Assembly: GCA_949292335.1 (NCBI GenBank) | Contig: CASEYY010000031.1 | Coordinates: 1,075-65,074, forward strand | Reading direction: 5' to 3' | DNA length: 64,000 nt | Origin: an uncultured Pseudomonadota bacterium | Lineage (GTDB): Bacteria; Pseudomonadota; Alphaproteobacteria; RF32; CAG-239 | In this document: piece after piece, positions 50,162 through 59,061 of the stretch | How the letters are laid out: the number at the start of each line of letters is the position of its first letter | Numbering within the stretch: position 1 is the stretch's first letter | Program-made: the position numbers and the translations under genes | Notes under the pieces: generated by a model | The model's input: only the letters and a program-made list of their open reading frames with translations | Told to the model about the DNA's origin: nothing | The model's database searches: none

Positions 50162-51676
50162 CTATTCTTCAAACCAATGAGCTCTGGCAGCCATAATAAC
50201 TTTTTCGGCCTCTTGAACCGATAAAGTGTCTTCGCCCAAGATTTCAATAAGTTCGTCGGTTGCCAAATCGGCCAAATCATCTATGGTGCGAATATTATTA
50301 TTAGCCAAAGTCAAGAGCATATCTTTATCCAAGCCTTCAATAGCCTGCAATTTTTCGTCAATACCCAATGACTTACTCTTTTGAGCAAATTCTTTATTGC
50401 GTTTTTCGACATACTCTTTGGCACGTTTTTGCAATTCTTGAGCAATATCCTCATCAAAGCCTTCGATTTCAGATAATTCGTTAACACTAACCATGGCGAT
50501 TTCGTCAACATTTGAAAAACCTTCGGCAATCAGCAAGTGAGCAATCATCTCATCGACATCCAAAGCTTCCATAAATCTTTGTGAACGAACCTTATTTTCA
50601 TTCGAGCGACGTTCTTGCTCTTGCTCTTCGGTCAAGACATCGATATCACATCCCAACAACTGCGAGGCTAATCTTACATTCTGACCTCTGCGACCGATGG
50701 CAATCGAGAATTGTTCTTGCGGTACCACGGCCTCAATACGGTTATTTTCTTCATCAATAACCACTTTGGTTACTTCTGCCGGAGCCAAAGCACTAACAAT
50801 ATACTGAGCCTTATCATCGGAGTAAGGAACGATATCAACTCTTTCACCCTGCAACTCGTTAACTACTGCCTGCACTCTGATACCGCGCAAGCCGACACAA
50901 GCACCGATGGCATCCACGGTAACATCGTCAGTTCTAACGGCCATCTTGGCTTTTGAACCGGGGTCACGAGCCACGGCAACGATTTGCACAATACCATCGT
51001 AAATTTCTGGGACTTCCGAAGTAAACAATTTAGCCAAAAATTCGGGACAAGTTCTGGATAAAAAGATTTGCGGACCTTTATTTTCGCGACGCACTTCCAA
51101 AACATATGCTCTGATTCTGTCTCCGACCTTAAATTTTTCTCTGGGTATCATTTCGTCACGACGCAACAAGGCTTCGGTTCTGCCGATATCAACCGACACA
51201 TTGGCAAAATCGACTCTCTTAACCGTACCGTTAATAATTGTTCCGACTTTTTCTTTATATTCTTCAAACTGTTTGTTGCGTTCGGCCTCTTTTACTTTCT
51301 GCATAATAACCTGCTTTGCGGTTTGAGCGGCGATTCGACCGAAATCAATCGGCGGCAACGGATCAATTAAGAACTCGCCGACTTTAATTTTTTCATCATA
51401 AGCCGAAGCATCATCCAAAGTAATTTGAGTAGCTTCGTTTTCGATATCATCTTCCGATTTAACCACCTCGCGATACCTCGACAATGAAATTGCACCGGTC
51501 TTGCGATCGATATGAGCTCTGATATCATGTTCCATACCGTATTTAGAACGGGCTGACTTTTGGATAGCAACTTCCATTGCTTCAAAAACATCTTCTTTGT
51601 CGATATTTTTTTCTCTGGCAACGGTATCTGCGACTAAGATAATCTCAGGTCTGGGCATATTTTCTTGTGTTTGCAT
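50162..51676 (-). CDS. nusA: transcription termination/antitermination factor NusA
   Basis: N-terminal domain, S1, two KH domains (GxxG) and C-terminal acidic repeats. 504 aa. Confidence 0.95.
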   Translation of the reverse strand: MQTQENMPRPEIILVADTVAREKNIDKEDVFEAMEVAIQKSARSKYGMEHDIRAHIDRKTGAISLSRYREVVKSEDDIENEATQITLDDASAYDEKIKVGEFLIDPLPPIDFGRIAAQTAKQVIMQKVKEAERNKQFEEYKEKVGTIINGTVKRVDFANVSVDIGRTEALLRRDEMIPREKFKVGDRIRAYVLEVRRENKGPQIFLSRTCPEFLAKLFTSEVPEIYDGIVQIVAVARDPGSKAKMAVRTDDVTVDAIGACVGLRGIRVQAVVNELQGERVDIVPYSDDKAQYIVSALAPAEVTKVVIDEENNRIEAVVPQEQFSIAIGRRGQNVRLASQLLGCDIDVLTEEQEQERRSNENKVRSQRFMEALDVDEMIAHLLIAEGFSNVDEIAMVSVNELSEIEGFDEDIAQELQKRAKEYVEKRNKEFAQKSKSLGIDEKLQAIEGLDKDMLLTLANNNIRTIDDLADLATDELIEILGEDTLSVQEAEKVIMAARAHWFEE

Positions 51677-51711
51677 ATTATCCTCTGCATAAAAAAATAA
51701 AAGTTAGTATG

Positions 51712-52212
51712 TTATTTATCGTTAAACTGTTCTGTTTCTGCCTCTGCCAACAAAGCGTCGGTAAGGAGAAGTTTAGCTTTTGCAACTGCATTGAAAGGAA
51801 TGTTATAAACCTTGTTATCCATTTCGAAGCTGATAATTTGATCATTATCGATTCCGATAATTTTTCCCTTAAATCTTTTGCGACCTTCGACGGTTTCATC
51901 GGTTTCGATTTTTGCTTCATAGCCGGCAAATCTTGCAAAATTTTCCGGTTTGGTAAGGGGTCTGTCAAGCCCCGGAGAGCTGACCTCCAAGGAATATTCG
52001 CCGTCGATTGGGTCTTTTTCATCCAAAATATCGGAAACCACGCGGCTGACGGCAGCACAATCATCTACCACCAAATTTTTTCTGTCTAGCCGCTCGATCA
52101 TAATTTGCAAAGTGGGTTTCTGTACTCCGATAGTCATAATTCTGACCACTTCGAAACCCATTTTTTCAATTATGGGCACCAGCAAATCATGAAGTTGGTG
52201 TTTTTGTTGCAT
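51712..52212 (-). CDS. rimP: ribosome maturation factor RimP
   Basis: ...L.....G.E.V.......G....L.I.I.....V..DDC..VSR.VS..LD..DPI...Y.LEVSSPGLDRPL. I take the start at the internal ATG (52212, SD GGGAGA). The track ORF to 52329 looks over-extended. Confidence 0.85.
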   Translation of the reverse strand: MQQKHQLHDLLVPIIEKMGFEVVRIMTIGVQKPTLQIMIERLDRKNLVVDDCAAVSRVVSDILDEKDPIDGEYSLEVSSPGLDRPLTKPENFARFAGYEAKIETDETVEGRKRFKGKIIGIDNDQIISFEMDNKVYNIPFNAVAKAKLLLTDALLAEAETEQFNDK

Positions 52213-52348
52213 TATATCGATTCTCCCTAAACAAAAAGCGGAGCTTTCGGCCCCACTTTTACAATATTCACATCTAATATGCTTTGTTATATAACAGAAA
52301 AAATTTAAAAATCCAGTATTTTTTTGCATTAGTTAACGAGAAAGAAGT

Positions 52349-52504
52349 TTTGTCGGCGAAAAATCGCTTTGAGATGAGCCGTACAAAAACAAAAAACGCG
52401 GAGAATGGTTCAGATAAAGCGATTAAAGTTGCAAATGCGAGTGAGTGTACATTAGCGGTACATGACCGAGCATTTGTCGGCGAAAAATCGCTTTGAGATG
52501 AGCC
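52349..52504. repeat. pair of 32-bp perfect direct repeats (tttgtcggcgaaaaatcgctttgagatgagcc) 124 bp apart, in the rimP-nusA-infB leader
   Basis: Copies at 52349-52380 and 52473-52504. The intervening segment contains hairpin-element instance C (52432-52476). Confidence 0.85.
52432..52476. repeat. structured hairpin element, instance C (caaatgc-gagtg-AGTGTAC-attagc-GGTACATGA-ccga-gcatttg)
   Basis: Conserved core with a compensatory outer stem. Confidence 0.6.
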
Positions 52505-52518
52505 ATTATACGCGTTTT

Positions 52519-53628
52519 TTACCCGTCTTCCAAATGAAGCAACAAAGATACTGCTATTGAGGCGGCAATGATTGTGGGGGCAATAACCGCAAGACCAACC
52601 GGAAGATTATCACTGGTGCCCATGGCATAAACCACTTGCGATAAGAAATAAGCCGAAAAACCGGTAACAATACCGCCGACAATTAAAAACATAACGCCGC
52701 CGCGACGGTTATTGGGACGCAAAGCAAATACCGCCGCCATCAACACCATTGCAATCAAAAAAAACGGCGAAACCATCAAGGACCAAAAACGCATTTGATG
52801 CCTTTGTATTGCAAAGCCCGACTTATCATAAAAACTTATTACTTTAGGCAACTTCCAAAAAGATATTGCTTCCGGTTCCAAGAAATTGTCTTGAATTTTG
52901 TTCATATCCAAAATGGTCTTATACTGCATATTTCCCAATTTTTCGACTGGTTTCCCTGCCGCATAAATTGTAACATCCTTCAAATCAAAAAAGCCTTTTT
53001 CCAGCACTCCGGCAAAAGCTTCAATTTGCCTTATCGGTCGTGATTTTGCGTCTATTTCGCTTATACTGACACCTCTTAACAACAAGTCCCCGTTTTTTTC
53101 TTGCTGTAGTGTTTTGGCCTGCATGACCATGACATTGTCACCATCAAGAGCTTCCCTTATCCATAATCCGTCATCTGAAAACATAACTGCCGAAGGATCT
53201 TTATTTTCCATTCTTCGTTCCAAAACTTCAAACATATTGTACAAATCGGCCGCCACCGGATTAATCAAAGTCACATTTATGACCCCGATGACAAATGTTG
53301 CCAAGCACACCGGTGACAAAAAATCCCAAATTGAAACGCCGGCCGCCCGCATTACCACAAATTCATTGGTTTTACTCAATTTCCAAAAAGTTATCATTGC
53401 CGCAATCATCATCACAAACGGGAATACTTGCTCGGCGGTTTTAGGTAACCTTGCCACCGCAAGTTGCACGGCAAACCACACATCCAAATCGGGATGTCCG
53501 GCGATACGACGCAATCTTTCCACCATCTCAAACAGAAAGATAATACCCAAAATGACCAACAACACCGCCAAAAAGTTAAAAACTATTTGTTTGATTAAAT
53601 AGCGGCCGAGAATAGAATTTGCTTTCAT
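52519..53628 (-). CDS. LPS export ABC transporter permease, LptF/LptG (YjgP/YjgQ) family
   Basis: RYL.K.....L.VLL.......L...V..L.......D block. 6 TM segments with a large periplasmic loop. 369 aa. Confidence 0.8.
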   Translation of the reverse strand: MKANSILGRYLIKQIVFNFLAVLLVILGIIFLFEMVERLRRIAGHPDLDVWFAVQLAVARLPKTAEQVFPFVMMIAAMITFWKLSKTNEFVVMRAAGVSIWDFLSPVCLATFVIGVINVTLINPVAADLYNMFEVLERRMENKDPSAVMFSDDGLWIREALDGDNVMVMQAKTLQQEKNGDLLLRGVSISEIDAKSRPIRQIEAFAGVLEKGFFDLKDVTIYAAGKPVEKLGNMQYKTILDMNKIQDNFLEPEAISFWKLPKVISFYDKSGFAIQRHQMRFWSLMVSPFFLIAMVLMAAVFALRPNNRRGGVMFLIVGGIVTGFSAYFLSQVVYAMGTSDNLPVGLAVIAPTIIAASIAVSLLLHLEDG

Positions 53629-53698
53629 TTTTACTCTTTAATTTTCGTTAAATTTAATTCAAGATTAGGCAAAAAAATATTTTCTGGCAAGCAAAAAT

Positions 53699-54619
53699 CT
53701 ATATTTGCGAAATATAGTTATTTATGGCGTCGGGCAAAATTACCACGACATTTTTGTTTTTAAATTTATCGCGTGATGCCAGATCTACTGCTGCCACCAT
53801 GGCCGCACCGGCAGATACGCCTATCGGCAACCCCTCGGTTTGGGCAATAGCTTTTGCCATATCCCAAGCATCTTCGTCTTCCACATCAAACACTTCTTCA
53901 ACCAGCTCTTTTTTATACAGCGGCGGCACAAAACCGGCACCAATTCCGGCAATTTTATGTAAGCCCTTATCGCCGCCGTTTAAGACATTACTGTTTTTAG
54001 GTTCTACGGCAACCACATACAAATCCGGATTGGAAGTTCTTAAGGCCTGTGCAACCCCGCTTAAAGTTCCTGATGTTCCCACCGCCGCTATTAAGACATC
54101 GACATTACCGTTCATTTCATCCCAAATTTCGGTACTGGTATTAAGCAAATGAGCTTCCAGATTATGTGAGTTTTCAAACTGCTTGAGCATAATGACTTTG
54201 TCTGATTTTTCGGCCAACATCTCGGCTTTGGCGATTGCACCCTGCATTCCGTCTTCTTTGGGAGTTAAAATTACATCGGCTCCGAAATATTTTATCATCC
54301 TAATTTTTTCTACCGAAGCATCCTCAGGCATAATGATTACGGCCTTAAGCTGTTTTGCCGCACAAATGGCAGCCATGGCCACGCCGACATTACCGCTTGT
54401 TGCCTCAACAAAAACCGTATCTTCGTCAACCTCAACCTTATCCAAAGCGGCTTTAATCATATTCCAAGCGGCTCTGTCTTTTATCGAAAACAGCGGATTA
54501 TAGAATTCACATTTACCGAAAATTTTAGCCTTCAATGCCAATCTTTTTTTCAGCGACACAAACTCCAGCATCGGAGTTTTTCCGATCATTTCGGTAATAT
54601 TGGTATAAGTTTTAAGCAT
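53699..54619 (-). CDS. cysK: cysteine synthase (O-acetylserine sulfhydrylase), PLP-dependent
   Basis: PLP-lysine motif FNPLFSIKDRAA. SGNVGVAMA, GTSGT, GIGAGF. 306 aa. Confidence 0.85.
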   Translation of the reverse strand: MLKTYTNITEMIGKTPMLEFVSLKKRLALKAKIFGKCEFYNPLFSIKDRAAWNMIKAALDKVEVDEDTVFVEATSGNVGVAMAAICAAKQLKAVIIMPEDASVEKIRMIKYFGADVILTPKEDGMQGAIAKAEMLAEKSDKVIMLKQFENSHNLEAHLLNTSTEIWDEMNGNVDVLIAAVGTSGTLSGVAQALRTSNPDLYVVAVEPKNSNVLNGGDKGLHKIAGIGAGFVPPLYKKELVEEVFDVEDEDAWDMAKAIAQTEGLPIGVSAGAAMVAAVDLASRDKFKNKNVVVILPDAINNYISQI

Positions 54620-54717
54620 AAATCACCACATTCCTTTTGTTTATAAAGCACAAAAATATATAGACCCCTATAGCAAAAATATGCTATTATTGCAATGTTA
54701 ATTTTAAGGGAAGGACT

Positions 54718-55281
54718 ATGAAGCATTTAAGTTTTTTTGCTTTGATTAGTGTTTTTTTGCTGTTTGGGCAAAATGGATATTGCTCAAGCCTTGATGAATT
54801 GTACCGTGATGTCATCCGTTCCGACAATCAGGGATATCTGCCTTTATTCGTAAAGAACCGCAACACTCCGGACTTCAACTGGCTTGATGAAGAAAATTTT
54901 AAGAATTTGCCAGAGGATAAAATCTCTCCCTTAAAAGACGCCCATGATCCGATGCGTTTATCCCGTGAATATACCAATCCCTCGGTACTGGAAAAGTCCA
55001 AACAACAACAGTGGCTAAAGACCATAGCCGCCATAAAGGCCAATCAGGTAACCCCGCTTGAACTAAACGAGATAACTTCTCGAGTTAAGGAGAACGACCC
55101 CAAAGCAACCGAGATTTTAGCTTGGATGTACACCAAAGGAGTCGGCGTATCCAAAGACTTTGTCACGGCCTTTAATCTATACAAAAAAGCCGCCACGCTC
55201 AATGTAACCGATGCCGAAAAAAATGCCGTTATCGTCTACAAATCCATGAGCGAAGAACAAAAGCAAAAGCTTCTTCACTAA
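54718..55281 (+). CDS. secreted Sel1-repeat (TPR-like) protein
   Basis: Signal peptide MKHLSFFALISVFLLFGQNGYC. EILAWMYTKGVGVSKDFVTAFNLYKKAA is a Sel1-type repeat. Confidence 0.55.
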   Translation: MKHLSFFALISVFLLFGQNGYCSSLDELYRDVIRSDNQGYLPLFVKNRNTPDFNWLDEENFKNLPEDKISPLKDAHDPMRLSREYTNPSVLEKSKQQQWLKTIAAIKANQVTPLELNEITSRVKENDPKATEILAWMYTKGVGVSKDFVTAFNLYKKAATLNVTDAEKNAVIVYKSMSEEQKQKLLH

Positions 55282-55940
55282 CCTTCTTCGACCTCTTTAA
55301 TCAACTCATTGACGAATCCTTTTAAGCCGATTTGCCTTACTCGACGCATTCTCTCACCGGATATAATTTTTTGAATTTTTGTAACGGTTTCCTGCAGGCT
55401 TACATTAACGATAACATAATCAAATTCATCCCAGTGGCTGACCTTATCCAAAATTATTCCCATTCTTTTATCAATTACCTCTTGAGAGTCGGTTCCTCTG
55501 CCTTCCAATCGACTTCTGAGTTCTCTTATGGAAGGCGGCAACAAATATATTGTTACTACATCATCTTTGGCTTTTTGCCGCATTTGTCTGGCTCCGGCCC
55601 AGTCCATATCGAACAAAACATCTTGCCCGACATTGATAAAACTATCCACTTCCGAACGCAAAGTTCCGTAGCGGGAACCATATTGTGAATCAACATACTC
55701 ATAAAAGGCATCTTGTTTTAAGAACTCATTATATTGCTCATCGGTAACAAAGTAATAATCAACCCCTTCCACTTCACCGGCACGAGGTTTTCTAGTAGTA
55801 ACCGAAACCGAAAATTTGATATTACTGTCATTTTTCAACAACTCTTTAATTACGGTTCCTTTTCCGGTTCCCGAGGGAGCCTCAATAATAAACATTGCCC
55901 CTTTTCGCACCTTACGCAATCTATCAATAATCTCATCCAT
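55278..55940 (-). CDS. gmk: guanylate kinase
   Basis: P-loop APSGTGKGT. VSVTTR.PR..E..G.DY.FV. 220 aa. Confidence 0.85.
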   Translation of the reverse strand: MDEIIDRLRKVRKGAMFIIEAPSGTGKGTVIKELLKNDSNIKFSVSVTTRKPRAGEVEGVDYYFVTDEQYNEFLKQDAFYEYVDSQYGSRYGTLRSEVDSFINVGQDVLFDMDWAGARQMRQKAKDDVVTIYLLPPSIRELRSRLEGRGTDSQEVIDKRMGIILDKVSHWDEFDYVIVNVSLQETVTKIQKIISGERMRRVRQIGLKGFVNELIKEVEEG

Positions 55941-55950
55941 TTTCTTTCCC

Positions 55951-56853
55951 CTATTCTATATTTTGCACCTGTTCTCTAAACTGCTCAATCAGTGACTTTA
56001 ATTCCATTCCCCAATCGGTGATGGCTATATCGGCAGATTTTGAGCAGGTAGTATTGGCTTCGCGGTTAAGCTCTTGGCACAAGAAATCCAGTCTCCTTCC
56101 GACGGCTTCACCGGAATTTAACAACTGACCGGCCGTTTTGATATGAGCTTTTAAGCGGTCGATTTCCTCTCTTATATCGGCTCTGGTAACCAAAAATACT
56201 ATCTCTTGAGCTATTCTGTCTTCGCTTACTTGCACATCCGCGGCATATTGCTTTAACATTTCGTGCAATTTTTCCTTAATTTTTGCCGGCAACGCGTCGG
56301 CTGTTTTTTCGATATCGGCAACTATAATCGTAATTTTATTTAATATTGTCTCTAAAGCCGATTTTATTTTCTGTCCTTCGTTCTCTCTGTCCTCTTTTAA
56401 TTTACTGCACAAATCTGTAAAATCAGCCAAAATTTTATCTCGCAATGTTTCTTTTTCGCTCTCACTGAGCTGAGCTTCTTCAAGCTCAATCACCCCACGC
56501 AAAGACATCAATTCCGAAGCTCTGGGCTGTGCGATTTTACCGGAATATTTTTCGCTTAAAACCAAAGCTTCTTCGGTTAATTTTTGCAACAAATCAGCAT
56601 CGATTTTAACCTTTTTTGCATTTGTTTCGGAGTTTATTTCCAGCATGGCACTAACACTGCCGCGGTTGATATACGAAGCGGCGATATTTTTAATTGCCAT
56701 TGCCAAATCTTCGTATCCCGACGGCAACTTTGTTTTCATATCAAAAGATTTGCCGTTAACGGTTTTTATTTCCCACATCCAATTAATATTTTCTTCGGCT
56801 GTTTGCAAACTTCCGTTACTTCTTGCAAAACCGGTCATGCTTGCTATACTCAA
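55951..56853 (-). CDS. yicC: YicC-family stress-induced protein (YicC N-terminal + DUF1732)
   Basis: SMTGFAR N-terminus. C-terminal DFL.QEL.RE.NT..SK. A TTG start at 56853 with GGAG 8 nt upstream is plausible; an ATG is at 56838. The track ORF extends to 56892. Confidence 0.8.
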   Translation of the reverse strand: MSIASMTGFARSNGSLQTAEENINWMWEIKTVNGKSFDMKTKLPSGYEDLAMAIKNIAASYINRGSVSAMLEINSETNAKKVKIDADLLQKLTEEALVLSEKYSGKIAQPRASELMSLRGVIELEEAQLSESEKETLRDKILADFTDLCSKLKEDRENEGQKIKSALETILNKITIIVADIEKTADALPAKIKEKLHEMLKQYAADVQVSEDRIAQEIVFLVTRADIREEIDRLKAHIKTAGQLLNSGEAVGRRLDFLCQELNREANTTCSKSADIAITDWGMELKSLIEQFREQVQNIE

Positions 56854-56932
56854 GGTAAGAACTCCGTTTTGTAAATTAAATTTTGCAAACATTATAAAAA
56901 CAAAAGTTTAATAAGTTTTTAAAGGAAAAATA

Positions 56933-57694
56933 ATGACCAAATTTTCTCATGTACTAATCACCGGAGCTTCATCCGGCATTGGCGAAGCTTTGGCTCTGCA
57001 CTATGCTTCGCTAAAAGTTTCGCGTTTATCCTTGTGCGGTCGCAACGAAGAAAGATTAAATCAGGTTGCCGAAAAATGCAAAGAATTGGGTTGTGAAGTT
57101 TCGGCTGTAAAACTTGATGTTTCTGACGCCGCGGCTGTTAAAAATTGGATAGAAGAATGCAATGCCCAACTTCCGCTCAATTTGGTCTTTGCCAATGCCG
57201 GCGTCGGCTCCGTAGAAGAAACATCGGAAAATGTCCGTAACACTTTCAATATTAATGTCATGGGAGTTGTAAACACGGTTCTTCCCACTATTGAGCTTTT
57301 CAAAAAAGCCCCATCGGAACAAGTAAAACAAATTGTTATTACCTCTTCAATCGCGGGTTATCACGGTATGCCGACCTGCCCGTCTTATTCGGCTTCTAAG
57401 GCTTGCGTCAAAGCTTGGGGCGAGGGATTAAGACTGCATTTAAAAAGATTCGGTATCGGAGTTTCCACGGTTTGTCCGGGGTTCGTTCGCTCTCGCATCA
57501 CCGATAAAAACACCTGCCCGATGCCGTTTTTTATGGAAGCAGACCAAGCCGCCCGCATTATTGCCGCAAGAGTGGAAAAAAATGTCGGATTAATAGTATT
57601 TCCGTGGCAAATGCGTCTAGCCGTCTGGTTCGGTTCCATTTTGCCAAACTGTATAAGTGATTTTATTTATGATAAATTGCCGTACAAAGCCTAG
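56933..57694 (+). CDS. SDR-family short-chain dehydrogenase/reductase
   Basis: VLITGASSGIGEALA (TGxxxGxG). NAG. YSASKA (YxxxK). Confidence 0.85.
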   Translation: MTKFSHVLITGASSGIGEALALHYASLKVSRLSLCGRNEERLNQVAEKCKELGCEVSAVKLDVSDAAAVKNWIEECNAQLPLNLVFANAGVGSVEETSENVRNTFNINVMGVVNTVLPTIELFKKAPSEQVKQIVITSSIAGYHGMPTCPSYSASKACVKAWGEGLRLHLKRFGIGVSTVCPGFVRSRITDKNTCPMPFFMEADQAARIIAARVEKNVGLIVFPWQMRLAVWFGSILPNCISDFIYDKLPYKA

Positions 57695-58986
57695 TTTTTT
57701 ATAGCTTTTACTTTTATCAAATACCACAAAAGCAACAGCCCCGGTAACGCCATAATTGTGGTAATAATAAAGAAACATTGCCAAGACACCGCTGCCGCGA
57801 CCAATCCCGAAGTCGCGGCAAAAATGTCGCGTGCCGCTCCCATAAACGACGACAACAAAGCGTATTGCGTTGCGGTATATTTTTTATTGCATAATGCCGA
57901 CAGATAAGCCACAAAAGCAGCCGTTCCCATACCGCCGGAAATATTTTCGATAAAAATATTAAGCATTAACACTTGTGCATTATCGCCGGCATAGGCCTGC
58001 CCGACATAAACCAAATTTGATAAACCTTGTAAAAATCCGCAAACCACCAAGGCTTTTACCAGACCGATTCTGGCAACCACCGCTCCGCCGATAACCGTTC
58101 CGACAATAGTGGCAATCACGCCGTAGATTTTGATGATTGAAGCAATTTGAATTTTAGAAAATCCCATATCATCAAAAAACGGATAAGCCATCGGAGCCAC
58201 ATAAGCGTCGCTCATTCGATAAAAGAAAATAAACAGCAAGATAACCGCCCATTTATCGCGTTTCATAAAATCGGTAAACGGCTTTACCACCGCATTGACA
58301 ATCGTTGCTCGCAAAGTCTTAGGTTTAGACGGCTTATTATTATCCGGTTCTTTGGCAACCAAAATTGCCGCAAGTCCGACCACAACACCGCAAGCCATTA
58401 TTTGATATACTATTGACCAATCCCAAAACTCTGCCAAGAACAAAGCCCCGGCACCGGAAAAAATCGTGCCGATTCGATACCCCAAAACAAATACGGCCAC
58501 ACCGGCAGCCTGTTCTTTGGGCTTAAATCTTTCAATACGATAAGCGTCCAAAACAATATCTTGCGACGCCGAAAACAAGGCCGCCAAAAGCACCCAAAAA
58601 GCAAATAACATCGGCGAAACTTGCGGTTTAAGCAGCGACATTACCAGCAAAGATATTATCAATAAAATCTGCAACAGCACTGCCCAAGACCGCCGCCGAC
58701 CAAGTCTTGATAACAACGGCAAGCTCACCTGGTCGATTAATGGCGAGAACAACCACTTAAAGCTGTAAGGAGCTTTTACCAACGAAAACAGACCGATTGC
58801 CGCCAAAGAAACACCGACATCTTTCAACCACAAAGACAAGGTCGATGACACCAACAAAAACGGCAATCCCGAAACAAAGCCGAGCAACAGCATTAAAGGC
58901 ATTCGTCTGTCGGCATAAATTTTTAGCGATTTTATCCAACCTAAGGGCATTACAATCTCTCCTTTACCCAAGACCATAACAGACAA
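57691..58986 (-). CDS. ampG: AmpG-family muropeptide MFS permease
   Basis: ...RRMPLMLLLGFVSGLPFLLVSSTLSLWL... N-terminal AmpG signature. 12+ TM segments. Confidence 0.8.
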   Translation of the reverse strand: MSVMVLGKGEIVMPLGWIKSLKIYADRRMPLMLLLGFVSGLPFLLVSSTLSLWLKDVGVSLAAIGLFSLVKAPYSFKWLFSPLIDQVSLPLLSRLGRRRSWAVLLQILLIISLLVMSLLKPQVSPMLFAFWVLLAALFSASQDIVLDAYRIERFKPKEQAAGVAVFVLGYRIGTIFSGAGALFLAEFWDWSIVYQIMACGVVVGLAAILVAKEPDNNKPSKPKTLRATIVNAVVKPFTDFMKRDKWAVILLFIFFYRMSDAYVAPMAYPFFDDMGFSKIQIASIIKIYGVIATIVGTVIGGAVVARIGLVKALVVCGFLQGLSNLVYVGQAYAGDNAQVLMLNIFIENISGGMGTAAFVAYLSALCNKKYTATQYALLSSFMGAARDIFAATSGLVAAAVSWQCFFIITTIMALPGLLLLWYLIKVKAIKN

Positions 58987-59061
58987 AGTCTAATATTTAA
59001 TTAAAGCCTCCGAAGCTTTTACACTCCGGAGGCTCTAACAGTTTATTTTCTAAAGATTGAG

